From Lama glama (taxonomy: Eukaryota): a stretch of DNA of 64,000 nt. The stretch lies in NCBI GenBank assembly GCA_028534125.1, contig CM052820.1, positions 2,728,001 through 2,792,000 on the forward strand, in the 5' to 3' direction. Positions within the stretch are counted from its first letter, which is position 1, and the number at the start of each line of letters is the position of its first letter. Positions 49,701-57,071 of the stretch are shown piece by piece. The notes beneath the pieces were generated by a model that was not told where the DNA came from, did not search any database, and worked only from the letters and a program-made list of their open reading frames with translations. The position numbers and the translations under genes are program-made.

Positions 49701-52671
49701 TCTTTGAATAGCGTGAGGCCCTGCTTAGTGTGTTTCTCTTGGTTCCCCATGTAATGGCGCCCTTATGTTCCATGAGCAGACCTTACAGGTCTTGGCAGTG
49801 ACTCCCCCTGGGATAAAGGAGATAAAATGCGAGAGCACTAGTTGGGTCCTGGAGAGTTATGCTGAAGATCACAGGCAACTGGAAAAGCCAGTCAGGGAGC
49901 TGTGCTCCGCTGTAGGGCTGCCTCCAGGCTGGGCGTCCTGGGTCTGCGGAGCCTTCTCCTGTCTCTTCAGAAGAGCACAGGGGAGAAGGGAGCAGAGAGC
50001 TCAACACGGATGGCCAGGACAGAGTGCACCTGGAACAAACACAGGCCACTGGGGGATGCTCTGGGGAAGAAAGGGGACAGGTGGCGGCAACCCCTTGGTC
50101 TGGGTCTCATGCTAACGGGGGACCCACCGGTGCACAAGGGGTCTGCTTTGGTGGTTGAGTGAGCTTGCCTTGCTCAGCACCTCCATGGCGACGTCAAAGC
50201 CCAGCGCCTCCCTCAGTTGTCGGCCTATTTGGGAGGGAGGAAGAAAGTTGTTTTTGTAAATTGCCATCATTTTATCCTGGCTTTATTGGGTCTTCAAAGG
50301 CTCTTGGTAGCACTGCTGGCTTCCTGGGCCTCAGAGAGGGTCTGCAACTAGGAGATGTTGTAGTTGTGGGGCCACCTTCCTCGTGCGTGGGTGACGGCCT
50401 CCCCAAGGCCAGCGATTTAGACCAATTCTGAGCCTCAGGCCTGTGCCTGTGAGTCTGGCCCCTTATGGATGACCGAGCTTGGCTTTTCTACCCCAAGAGC
50501 CAGATTCTCCTTTTATTCCCCAGTGCCAACCAGCACTGCAGACGCTAAGCACCCCTGCCACCCACGCAGCTGGCCCAAAGGCGCCCGGAGGCGCCAGCCC
50601 CGCGTGGGGAGGGCTGGTGAGCCATGCACGGTAGTTACTCGTAAACACGGAGCGTTGCCCACTCTGGGGGTTTCGTTCTACCATTTCAGACTTTCAGATA
50701 GCGGTCGCCGTGAACGCGTCTCTTTCCCAGCACAATCTGGAGTTTGCCAGAGAGCTCTGTAAACAGCAGTTTCACTGTGTGAGGGCTGTAAACCGTTCTT
50801 TCCAGGCATTGTGGAGAATGTAGCTTTTACTCTGCAGCTGGGCTACATCAGAAGCATGATTTAAAACATAAACTTCCTTAACTGGACAAAGAATGCTTCT
50901 CTGTCTTCAGAATAGCTCTGCTGTGTGAGATTTTCGCTGCCATGAATTTTACATCAGAGTTAGCACTTCTTTTTACTTGTTCAGTTTGGCCAGTCAGCAA
51001 GGCAGCAGGCGGTACACACAGACACAGACACACGCATCTGCGTGCGCACACTCATAAAGGATCTCCTTTTTCCACTTTGACTTTTAATTTTCTTTGATTT
51101 TTAAAATTTTTTAGGAGGGGGGGTAATTGGGGCTTTACAAAATTTATTGATTTATCTCTAGTGGAGGTGCTGGGGATCGAACCCAGGACCTTGACACATG
51201 CTAGGCACACACCCTACCACTGAACTCTACCCTCCCCCGGTCCACTTTGACTTTTATTTTTAATCTTCTTGGCTTGTTGGGAAATGGGCAGCCTTATTTT
51301 TGAACTACATTGTGACAAAACTTAATTGCTATTTTGCCAACGAGTAGAAAACTCCAGTGTTTTAGAATTTGGTTACTTCTTCACAGATTTAGCGTTGAGG
51401 GATTTGGAGAGTAACTGACCCAGTGATTGGAAAGGGGAAAACACAGTTCATCTCAAATTACCCAGGAATAACTGCTACCACGTGGGGCTCTGAGTGCACT
51501 TTTTGAAGTCCTTTCATCGATGCGATTGTGTTCAGTGCTCTCAAAGCTGAGAGCCTCGTGTCCACGTGACAGTAAGGACACAGGCGTGAGGAGGTCGTGA
51601 AGTTCCCCTCCGACAGCACGGTGACTAGACCTTCAGCCCTGGAGCTGGGAGCCCGGTAGCGTGCATGTTCTAACTGACACTTTTTTCTCCTCTTGTTATT
51701 CAAGATATATGTCAGTTACAAAAAGAAGAAGGGACTTGCAGGAAATTTATTTTAAAGTGGTACTATGATTCGAAGACTAAAAGCTGTGCGAGGTTCTGGT
51801 ACGGAGGCTGCGGTGGAAACGAAAACAGATTCAATTCGCAGAAAGAATGTGAAAAGGTCTGCGCTCCTGGTAAGTGATTCTGCTTTTGTGCTGGTGGTTT
51901 TCCCAAATAGGATGAGCGCTCCAGGCCAGCAATTCACCTCCCAAAGACATTTGAATCACAGTGACTATGACAGGTTTGAAAAAGGAGACACACTGTGTCT
52001 TCAGATGAGGCAGGTATTCAGGTAAAACACATGACAGCTGCTTTCTGAGTTTTAGAATTTCCTAAAAAGTCCTTGTATTTTTGCCGGTGAGGAAACGTGT
52101 GGCCGACCACGCCTCACTCTTCAGAAATGTTACTAAGTTTCTGTTATTCATAAAATATTGCAACAAACATGGTGATTGGGAAAATAATATAATGAGCAAT
52201 TATGGACACCACCACAGATAAAGAGCCCCTATATGGTCTATTCATCTTGAAATAATTTTGCTTCCTCTAACAACGTTGACCCCGGGGCCGTCCATCACAC
52301 CGGCCAGCGTGATTGGTAATAAAATCAGAACAGCTTCACAGACAGCCCGAGGCCAGTGCCAGATGGGAGAGTTGGGTGTGCTTAAGGCCAGGCAGGTGAT
52401 GCCAGCCGAGAGAGAGTGGGCTCAAATGGTACAGACAGCCCCAAACCCCAGGCCAAGAAGCTCTGGGAGAACCATTGTAGGAGCTGAGCTGAAAGGTGAG
52501 ATTGGTGATGAAAGCCAGAGGCCATGGGATCATTTTCATGTGAAACACAGTGTCCTTTTGGGTCCGTAATGTGGCTTCTCCCCTCCTCTTCCCTCCCGCC
52601 CTCACCCGCCGCCCCTCCATCCACGCCCAGTGCCTGTCAACCCCGGAGTCATCGCTGCGATGGAGACCTAA
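1522..52671 (+). CDS. COL6A3: Collagen type VI alpha-3 chain, 5'-partial spliced CDS (exons 5-44, human numbering; exons 1-4 lie upstream of the window)
   Basis: 40 GT-AG exons with compatible phases give one open frame: tandem VWA domains, Gly-X-Y helix, VWA C1/C2, K/P-rich C3, FN3, Kunitz, stop TAA at 52669-52671. The peptides are recognisable as COL6A3. Confidence 0.99.
3748..4347 (+). CDS. COL6A3: COL6A3 exon 6, VWA N7 (600 nt; known cassette exon in other mammals)
   Basis: ctgcag|TTCATGCA ... CAGCCAG|gtaatg; [14 protein letters not shown]... Confidence 0.97.
4687..4752. repeat. (GA)n imperfect microsatellite
   Basis: Direct reading. Confidence 0.9.
5695..6267 (+). CDS. COL6A3: COL6A3 exon 7, VWA N6 (573 nt)
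   Basis: ttgcag|AGAGCAAG ... ACACCAG|gtaagg; [15 protein letters not shown]... Confidence 0.97.
7165..7642 (-). mobile_element. MaLR solo LTR (MLT1-like), boundaries approximate
   Basis: Typical MLT1 motifs: gctgtgttaacaaa...gtggtttaaaac...ttttagaggtcagaaatc...aaggacacatga...ggatcatc...ttaatttaatcac...ggggccactatcccaccca. Confidence 0.7.
7704..8312 (+). CDS. COL6A3: COL6A3 exon 8, VWA N5 (609 nt)
   Basis: ttctag|TTTCAGGTGAAAAG ... AGCCCAG|gtgagg; [14 protein letters not shown]... Confidence 0.95.
9481..10086 (+). CDS. COL6A3: COL6A3 exon 9, VWA N4 (606 nt)
   Basis: tcacag|GTTTCGGC ... CCTCCAG|gtaaga; [15 protein letters not shown]... Confidence 0.96.
11428..12042 (+). CDS. COL6A3: COL6A3 exon 10, VWA N3 (615 nt)
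   Basis: ccgcag|CGGTGGAG ... CGGCCAG|gtatga; [15 protein letters not shown]... Confidence 0.97.
12956..13044 (-). mobile_element. tRNA-derived SINE (Vic-1-like, camelid)
   Basis: T-rich tail, then ggaggtcctgggaattgaacccaggaccctgcacatgct...ctgagctgtaccccc (reverse B/A box); imperfect TSD ccat(t/c)atttctttt. Confidence 0.8.
13364..13963 (+). CDS. COL6A3: COL6A3 exon 11, VWA N2 (600 nt)
   Basis: tttcag|AGAAAAAG ... TCCAAAG|gtaagc; [15 protein letters not shown]... Confidence 0.97.
14599..14936 (+). CDS. COL6A3: COL6A3 exon 12, VWA N1 part 1 (338 nt)
   Basis: tgacag|CCTGTAAT ... GTGAAG|gtgagc; [13 protein letters not shown]... Confidence 0.96.
15267..15291. repeat. (CA)n microsatellite
   Basis: Direct reading. 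Confidence 0.9.
15292..15815 (-). mobile_element. MaLR solo LTR (MLT1A/B-like)
   Basis: ggctgccatgacaaagtaccac...ctggaggctggaagtcc...aaggacgtcagtcatgttggatgaggcccactctaatggcctcatttaacttaatt...gggacacagctcagcc. Confidence 0.8.
16073..16151 (+). CDS. COL6A3: COL6A3 exon 13 (79 nt)
   Basis: cttcag|GTGATC ... CAGGAAG|gtaagt; [26 protein letters not shown]. Confidence 0.95.
17158..17303 (+). CDS. COL6A3: COL6A3 exon 14 (146 nt)
   Basis: ccacag|GCGTCC ... CAGCTT|gtgagt; [12 protein letters not shown]...ELAEQL. Confidence 0.95.
18529..18621 (+). CDS. COL6A3: COL6A3 exon 15, start of triple helix (93 nt)
   Basis: cggcag|GACAAC ... CCGAAG|gtatgg; [31 protein letters not shown]. Confidence 0.96.
18803..19050 (-). 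mobile_element. LINE-1 3' end fragment (cetartiodactyl type)
   Basis: ttgaagtacagtcagtttacagtgtcgtgccagtttc...ttataggctactataggatgctgactagagttctctgtgct; same family as 58605-59000 and 63441-63831. Confidence 0.8.
19356..19409 (+). CDS. COL6A3: COL6A3 exon 16 (54 nt Gly-X-Y)
   Basis: tttcag|GGGATT ... GGACCT|gtaagt; [18 protein letters not shown]. Confidence 0.96.
20391..20462 (+). CDS. COL6A3: COL6A3 exon 17 (72 nt; helix Cys and NGT sequon)
   Basis: ccacag|GGTGAG ... GTCAAG|gtagag; [24 protein letters not shown]. Confidence 0.96.
21109..21135 (+). CDS. COL6A3: COL6A3 exon 18 (27 nt)
   Basis: tcctag|GGCTCC ... GAGAAG|gtactt; GSRGFPGEK. Confidence 0.94.
21243..21287 (+). CDS. COL6A3: COL6A3 exon 19 (45 nt)
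   Basis: tcacag|GGTGAA ... GAAGAT|gtaagt; [15 protein letters not shown]. Confidence 0.95.
21407..21460 (+). CDS. COL6A3: COL6A3 exon 20 (54 nt)
   Basis: tggcag|GGAGAC ... AGAAGG|gtaagc; [18 protein letters not shown]. Confidence 0.95.
21919..21981 (+). CDS. COL6A3: COL6A3 exon 21 (63 nt; RGD motifs)
   Basis: atttag|GGTGAC ... GACCCG|gtaagg; [21 protein letters not shown]. Confidence 0.95.
22555..22620 (+). CDS. COL6A3: COL6A3 exon 22 (66 nt; helix interruption 1)
   Basis: tttcag|GGTGAC ... CCCATG|gtacag; [22 protein letters not shown]. Confidence 0.95.
23064..23117 (+). CDS. COL6A3: COL6A3 exon 23 (54 nt)
   Basis: cgccag|GGTCTC ... AAAAGC|gtgagt; [18 protein letters not shown]. Confidence 0.95.
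23346..23456 (-). mobile_element. Very short LINE-1 3' end insertion with target-site duplication
   Basis: aattgaagtatagttggtttataatgttgtgttagtttctggtgt; TSD ctgaacagaca at 23335-23345 and 23457-23467. Confidence 0.8.
25418..25453 (+). CDS. COL6A3: COL6A3 exon 24 (36 nt)
   Basis: cctcag|GGCGGC ... GCTAAG|gtaagc; [12 protein letters not shown]. Confidence 0.95.
26034..26096 (+). CDS. COL6A3: COL6A3 exon 25 (63 nt)
   Basis: tcaaag|GGCAAC ... GCACAG|gtcagt; [21 protein letters not shown]. Confidence 0.95.
26155..26535 (-). mobile_element. Ancient L1M (L1MB/MC-like) 3' fragment
   Basis: tctagtttcaaaacgttttcatcatcccc...ctggcaaccactgatttcctttctgtc...taaatggaataatg...tgtgtctggcttcttgcactgagca. 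Confidence 0.8.
26596..26658 (+). CDS. COL6A3: COL6A3 exon 26 (63 nt)
   Basis: ctccag|GGACCA ... CCCCGG|gtaagt; [21 protein letters not shown]. Confidence 0.95.
27925..27987 (+). CDS. COL6A3: COL6A3 exon 27 (63 nt)
   Basis: ctccag|GGAAGC ... AGAAAG|gtttgt; [21 protein letters not shown]. Confidence 0.95.
28178..28217. repeat. (TTTTA)n simple repeat
   Basis: Direct reading. Confidence 0.85.
28329..28391 (+). CDS. COL6A3: COL6A3 exon 28 (63 nt)
   Basis: gtctag|GGTGAG ... GAGACG|gtaaga; [21 protein letters not shown]. Confidence 0.95.
29845..29895 (+). CDS. COL6A3: COL6A3 exon 29 (51 nt; helix interruption 2)
   Basis: tcttag|GGAGAC ... AAAAAG|gtatgt; [17 protein letters not shown]. Confidence 0.95.
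30094..30129 (+). CDS. COL6A3: COL6A3 exon 30 (36 nt)
   Basis: ttgtag|GGAGAA ... CCAAAG|gtaaat; [12 protein letters not shown]. Confidence 0.95.
30185..30385 (+). mobile_element. MIR SINE fragment
   Basis: ggatcttggctctagtcttgggtc...ctgggaaag...tctgtcagatggcgatga...gatgaaatgaaatga...actttgtaaac. Confidence 0.55.
30548..30610 (+). CDS. COL6A3: COL6A3 exon 31 (63 nt)
   Basis: tcccag|GGTAAC ... CGAAGG|gtaagt; [21 protein letters not shown]. Confidence 0.95.
31615..31677 (+). CDS. COL6A3: COL6A3 exon 32 (63 nt)
   Basis: ttctag|GGAAAC ... CCAGCT|gtaagt; [21 protein letters not shown]. Confidence 0.95.
32924..32956 (+). CDS. COL6A3: COL6A3 exon 33 (33 nt; end of helix)
   Basis: ttgcag|GGATAC ... 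ATGGAC|gtaagt; [11 protein letters not shown]. Confidence 0.94.
33042..33078 (+). CDS. COL6A3: COL6A3 exon 34 (37 nt)
   Basis: tttaag|CAATGT ... AATGCC|gtaagt; [12 protein letters not shown]. Confidence 0.94.
33180..33191 (+). CDS. COL6A3: COL6A3 exon 35, 12-nt microexon (PCCYG)
   Basis: ttctag|CTTGCTGCTACG|gtaagt; supplies PCCY in KDKCPCCYGPLECP. Confidence 0.92.
33286..33779 (+). CDS. COL6A3: COL6A3 exon 36, VWA C1 (494 nt)
   Basis: ccacag|GGCCCC ... CTGCAG|gtctgt; [20 protein letters not shown]... Confidence 0.96.
34985..35190 (-). mobile_element. MIR SINE fragment
   Basis: ttatctccatcttgcggctgaggaaactgaaccccagagaagttaaata (MIR core). Confidence 0.7.
35371..35467 (+). CDS. COL6A3: COL6A3 exon 37 (97 nt)
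   Basis: aaccag|ATCAAC ... TGCTTGG|gtgagg; [13 protein letters not shown]...CHVCL. Confidence 0.95.
36118..36816 (+). CDS. COL6A3: COL6A3 exon 38, VWA C2 with RDRR furin-type site at 36171-36182 (699 nt)
   Basis: ttccag|ACATCT ... GTCAGCA|gtgagt; [36 protein letters not shown]... Confidence 0.96.
38005..38107 (+). CDS. COL6A3: COL6A3 exon 39 (103 nt)
   Basis: ctctag|GTAAAAAC ... ACAAGT|gtaagt; [34 protein letters not shown]. Confidence 0.94.
38270..38790 (-). mobile_element. MaLR LTR (older MLT1 subfamily)
   Basis: ttttgctgtgtaacaagctacctgaaacatagtggatcaacacaacaact...gttctattggccaaagcatgtc...agcctagctggattcaagagtgggga. Confidence 0.65.
40299..40849 (+). CDS. COL6A3: COL6A3 exon 40, Lys/Pro/Ala/Thr-rich C3 domain (551 nt)
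   Basis: taacag|AAGTGTT ... TCCGTGG|gtaaga; [20 protein letters not shown]...KPATAKSV. Confidence 0.94.
40426..40710 (+). repeat. Coding 15-nt tandem repeat (KPxAx pentapeptides) with 30-nt higher-order unit
   Basis: 19 in-register pentamers; 40501-40680 forms six alternating (K/R)P[V/A/M]xx / KPExx pairs. Confidence 0.9.
42148..42411 (+). CDS. COL6A3: COL6A3 exon 41, fibronectin type III domain C4 (264 nt)
   Basis: ttccag|TTAAGG ... AGTACAA|gtaagt; [27 protein letters not shown]... Confidence 0.96.
43491..43589 (+). CDS. COL6A3: COL6A3 exon 42, C4-C5 linker (99 nt)
   Basis: ctctag|AGAAAA ... GAAGCAG|gtgagt; [33 protein letters not shown]. Confidence 0.93.
51087..51240 (-). mobile_element. 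tRNA-derived SINE (Vic-1-like, camelid) with 16-bp TSD
   Basis: ggaggtgctggggatcgaacccaggaccttgacacatgctaggcacacaccctaccactgaactctaccctcccc; TSD tccactttgactttta at 51071-51086 and 51241-51256. Confidence 0.88.
51705..51869 (+). CDS. COL6A3: COL6A3 exon 43, Kunitz/BPTI domain C5 (endotrophin core, 165 nt)
   Basis: ttcaag|ATATAT ... GCTCCTG|gtaagt; [55 protein letters not shown], six Cys in Kunitz spacing. Confidence 0.97.
52631..52671 (+). CDS. COL6A3: COL6A3 exon 44 coding part with stop
   Basis: gcccag|TGCCTGTCAACCCCGGAGTCATCGCTGCGATGGAGACCTAA; [13 protein letters not shown]. Confidence 0.94.
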
Positions 52672-52836
52672 GCGTGGCCCACCGGTGACACATACCTCTT
52701 GAAGCAGAAGGAGGCAGCCATGGCAAGTCGTCTCTGTAGGAGCTCTGGGTATAGATTCCCGCGCACTCTGTACCATTTCATGCTTTGATTTACACTCAGA
52801 CTTGGGAGGACCCGTCTGCCGCATGACCTATCAATA

Positions 52837-52844
52837 TGGTGCTA
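52837..52844 (+). promoter_or_regulatory. miR-29 family 8mer target site
   Basis: TGGTGCTA in the 3'UTR; miR-29 repression of collagen mRNAs is well established. Confidence 0.8.
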
Positions 52845-53415
52845 AATGTGTCTGTGGACCCAACGCTCTCTGTCTCCAGGCAGTTATATCGTATACTTTG
52901 AACGTTGTGTAACAGTTATCCACTGCTGGTGTTTATGTGAACAGTCCTATAAACTCAAATTCCTTCTGGAGTTTCACCTGATGCCTGCTTCAGGCAAGTG
53001 TAAGGTCTAGAAAATAACCCCAAATTTCACAGTTACTCTGTATGCTTCTGCTTGTTTCATCTTTTTCCCTCTTAATTAAGCATGACTTTAGATGGAAAGC
53101 CTGTGTATGGAGGATAAACCAGAGTCCAGCCTTTTCATTCCCTCGTCCCCTGATTTCCTGGATTAGATTTCTAGCTGGTTTTCTTTTTCTAAAGCTTCTA
53201 ACAGACGATCTAGAAGTTAGAAGGAAGCAAAATCCCTTAATCTTTGTGCACTGTCGTGGGACCATGCCTCAATTAAAGAATGAAAAGAAAATCATCACAG
53301 AGAACATTTCTGGCATTCCTCTAATGTTGTGTGTGTGTTTTAATTTTTTTTTTTGTGCAGGGGGGTTTAATTTTAATTTTAAAAATTTTAGGAAATTTAT
53401 ACAAAGAAACTTTTT

Positions 53416-53421
53416 AATAAA
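53416..53421 (+). terminator. Polyadenylation signal AATAAA
   Basis: U-rich upstream element, AATAAA, then GU-rich gtgttgtgggtttggtgttc about 15-35 nt downstream. Confidence 0.88.
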
Positions 53422-54754
53422 GTATATTGAAAGTGTTGTGGGTTTGGTGTTCTTGGCCATGTTGTTTCTGTGTCAGCATCGCCCCTGGGCCAGGGAGGTG
53501 GGGCCCCGCCCGGGTCCAGGACCCTGGGTACCACCCTTTGATTTCCAGGGAAGGGGCAAGAGAGCCCCATCAGACAGTGTGCGGGAGGCCAGGTGGACCC
53601 AGCCTGGGTGGGTTGAGTTCCTTACTGAGGGTCCTCAGAGTCTTCCTGGTCTTAGGAACCAGGCTGGCTTTCCTCCTTTCTAACTTCTGGTTGGGTCCCA
53701 GAGACCTGGCCCCCTTCTCAGCCTCTTTAAAATGATTGTTCCCCGGGCACTGCGTTTGCTCCCACTCACGCTGGCCGAGAGAGGACGTATAGTCGGCCCA
53801 GGACTCCCCTCCCCTTTTCTGGAGTCTCAAAGACGGAGCATCAAGTTCTTTTTTTCTTGAGAGAGCCTTTCCCTCCGGTCTTCGGAAATAACACAAGAAA
53901 CACATACATAAATATTTAGGTGGGACCTGAATTCCACTTAAAGAGGAAACTGGGTTTGTTTGACAAAACACATCTCTTCTGTCAAGCGCTTCTTGCTGGG
54001 AAAGCTACAGGGACCTTGGGCGTGGGCAGGACTGTTGCACGGAGGATGGGGGATGAATCTGACAGTTACTCTAATGATGGGGAGAGAGGAGGCGGGAGAA
54101 TGGGTGGGGCCAGGGAGATGAGGGGAGACTGGGTGGTCACAAAGAGCACTCCCTGGGATTTCCACCCAGACCTTTGGGTGCAACTTCTAAATTCACAGAG
54201 GCACTCAACGTCTGTGCATTTGCACAGAAACTGGAGGAAGAACTGAGCTTTGTGTCAGAATCAGCGCGACAGAGTTGTAGACAAAGGGCAGAGACGGAAG
54301 TGGGGTGTGGGCAGAGGAGGCCGCTGCTGGAATCTGCAGAGATCTGGGGGAGGGCTCGGGACTTCACAATCCATGATGTCGGGGATCTGATGTCTGCTCT
54401 GTAGGTCATGCTGACCCTCTCCCCATCTTTCAAGGGCTCCCTTTTCTAGATGAGGCTAACCCAGTGGACCTACAGAGAGCCCCATGATGGATATGAATTC
54501 CTTTGCAATGGATAATCCACCTGGGAGGGAAATGTGCATTCTGCGACTTTCTCAGTGACAGCTTTCCACCCCAAAGCTCTCCAGCCCCAGAGGAAGAGCC
54601 CTCTGCTTGAACAGGCCTGCCTCCATCCTTGCAGGCTGAGTGCAGCCAAGCCAAGTTCATCCCATTGGCGCAAAGAAACGTGTGTAGCTGGGCTAGGAAA
54701 GGGGGCCTCACTGGTGAAGGGGGTGGGACAAAACCCACGGAACAGCCAGTGAAC

Positions 54755-55155
54755 ATTTCCTGCCATAACCAAGCACCACAAACCGGGTGACTTAACCCAA
54801 ACGTATTCTCTTCCAGGCTGGAAGTGCAAAGTCAAGGTGCTGGCCAGGCTGCACTGTCTCTGAAGGCTGGGCCGGTGGTGGTGGGTGGAATCCTTCCTTG
54901 CTTCTTTCCACTTCCTGGAGGTCCCTTGGCGTGTAGCCATCTGACACCAATCTCTGTCCCTGCCTTCATTTGTCCATCTTCTGGCAAGGACACCAGTCAC
55001 ATCGGATGAGAACCGCCCCACCCAAGTGTGACCTCATCTTAACTAATGACACCTGCAATGACCCTATTTCCAAGTAAGGCCACATCCAGAGGCACTGGGG
55101 GTTAGGACTTCAGGGTAGCTTTTTTTTGGAGAAGAGAGACACAATTCAACACAGT
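54755..55155 (-). mobile_element. MaLR solo LTR (MLT1B/C-like)
   Basis: tgccataaccaagcaccacaaaccgggtgacttaa...aaggacaccagtcacatcggat...acctcatcttaactaatgacacctgcaatgaccctatttccaagtaagg...gggggttaggacttca...gacacaattcaac. Confidence 0.85.
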
Positions 55156-57054
55156 TTCAGTTTCCAGTACCTGCTTCCGGCTCTGCCATGTTGATCCACC
55201 GCTAACACCCAGGTAGCCACTGCAGGGAAGAGATGTCAGCTGAAACCTGTCACTTCCTTGTCACTTTGGTTATGGAAACTGTCACTGCTGTTCGGGCTGG
55301 GTCCTGTCCCTTTAAGAACTTAAATCCCAGATACAATTCAGAGCCTCTTCCCTGTGTTCCTGGGGCAGGCTGGGCTCAGGTGCTGGCCGGGGTTCCGCAG
55401 GCCTGGGGAGTCCTCCGCTGAGGCCGCCTCCTGGACCCCGGAGGCGGGGTTGGGGTGACTGCTGGCCGATGCTCTCCCCCTGCGCCCCTCACAGGCTCCC
55501 TTCTGCTGCAGGGTCCCAGGCTGACGCTCGGGCTTGTGTCGGTTCTCCGGAATCTGGGGGTCTAGCCCAGGCAGTCTGGCTTCTGTGGGCCCTTTCCTCT
55601 CCTCTCGCAGCCCCTGTTGGGGCCTCCCCCCAGCCTCCCGGGAGAGCAATCTCTCCTGGAGCCGTGTAAGCCAGTTGGCTCAAGTCCAGCTACCTCCCGG
55701 GCCACTTAATCTACAGGAGGCACACACGACCTCGCCGCTCGCCTCTTCCCACTCAACCAGGGTTCAGGGTCCTGCTGGTCCAGGGGTCAGGCATGGCGTC
55801 AGCTGAGAGCTGGCCTGCAGCCCCTGACTCCGCGGTGGCGGGAGGGAAGGATTCAGACCACCCCCCACCCCACTCTGAGTGTTTCTCTCGGGGCTTTGTC
55901 TTCAGGCGAGGGGGCAGGGGCTGCCCCTTCCAGCCGCCCTAGGAAGTGACTTCCTTCCTTTCCCTCCCAGGAGGTGAGACAAGAGCGTGGTCTCTTTCCA
56001 AGTGCTACACCATCCTCCAAAGGCCCCCGTGCCGCCTCCCCGGCCATCTTCCACCCCAGCAGTGACCGTGGTGCACTCTGCTGTGCGCTCTGAGCGAGGG
56101 CCCTCGGCCATCAGCTCTGGGAGAACAGGACCCACCAGGCACCCAAGACCGGCCTCTTGCAGGAACTTGCTGGGCAGTGAGCTCCAGGTCCCAGCCCCCT
56201 CGGCGACGGCTGAACACTGCTTTCCCGCCTGCCCCTCGCTTTCCTGGAAGTAAGCCTCAGTGCCCCACGGCGCCCCAGTGGTGTGGGCGAGGCTGCCTCG
56301 TCGCCCGTTAGAGACCGAAGGCTCCTTGAGGAGGCCAGAGAGAAGCCTCCTCACACTTCCGTGGTCCGAGTTCATCACGTGCCCCTTAACAAGCCCCAGA
56401 GTTCCTCTTCGCCCAGCAGCGACCTCAAACCCTCCCCGTCCATCCCCCAGCTGCGGCCCGGGATGGGTGGTGACGCCCGTGCCGACTGTGGCAGAAATTC
56501 AGGTGGGAAGCAATGGGGATCGAGACCAGAGCAACAGCAGAGGAAATGAAGAGGGATTTCAGGTATATTTGATCTAAAATATGCAAGAAAGGATGTAATT
56601 TCTGTGCTCAGTTTTTCACACATTTATTTCCACACCGGCACTGAAACAAAACCCTGCTGGATCACCTGTCCTGACTTTGCCTTCAGCAAAAGTTTGGTCT
56701 GAGCTGCAGGAGTCCTGACCTCTGACAGCCGTGGACTTCTTTCCAAAGACCCGTTCTTTGCAAATCCACACACGAGCTCCGCATCCTCTTCCGAATGGTG
56801 GCGTGCCCCTGGTCGGGGGTCCACCCAGCTCTTTCTGAGGTGGTCTTGGAGAACTTCCAGCCTGGCTGTGTGGATGGAAGTGGCTTGCCAGTGAAGAACA
56901 CCTGTTTTGAATTTTGTGACAAGAACCAAACTTCCACTGGGGTAATGCACTGAGGTCTGGGGCTGTTTTAGAAGGTAGTGTGAGCTTAATTAACACCATT
57001 TACCTCTATCCAGTAGGGGTTGTGTGTCAGGCTCTGTACTGGGTGCTTCATACC

Positions 57055-57071
57055 CAGTGCCACCTGGTAGC
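57055..57071 (-). promoter_or_regulatory. Candidate CTCF site
   Basis: Minus strand GCTACCAGGTGGCACTG, one mismatch to the CCASYAGRKGGCRS core. Confidence 0.4.

Larger units (their letters stand above)
52672..53436 (+). other. COL6A3: COL6A3 3'UTR (end approximate)
   Basis: Follows the stop codon and ends shortly after AATAAA, with a GU-rich tract downstream. Confidence 0.8.

Noticed and set aside
53042-53683. 213-aa ORF overlapping the 3'UTR end
   Set aside because: Spans the poly(A) signal, low-complexity hydrophobic composition, no recognisable homology.
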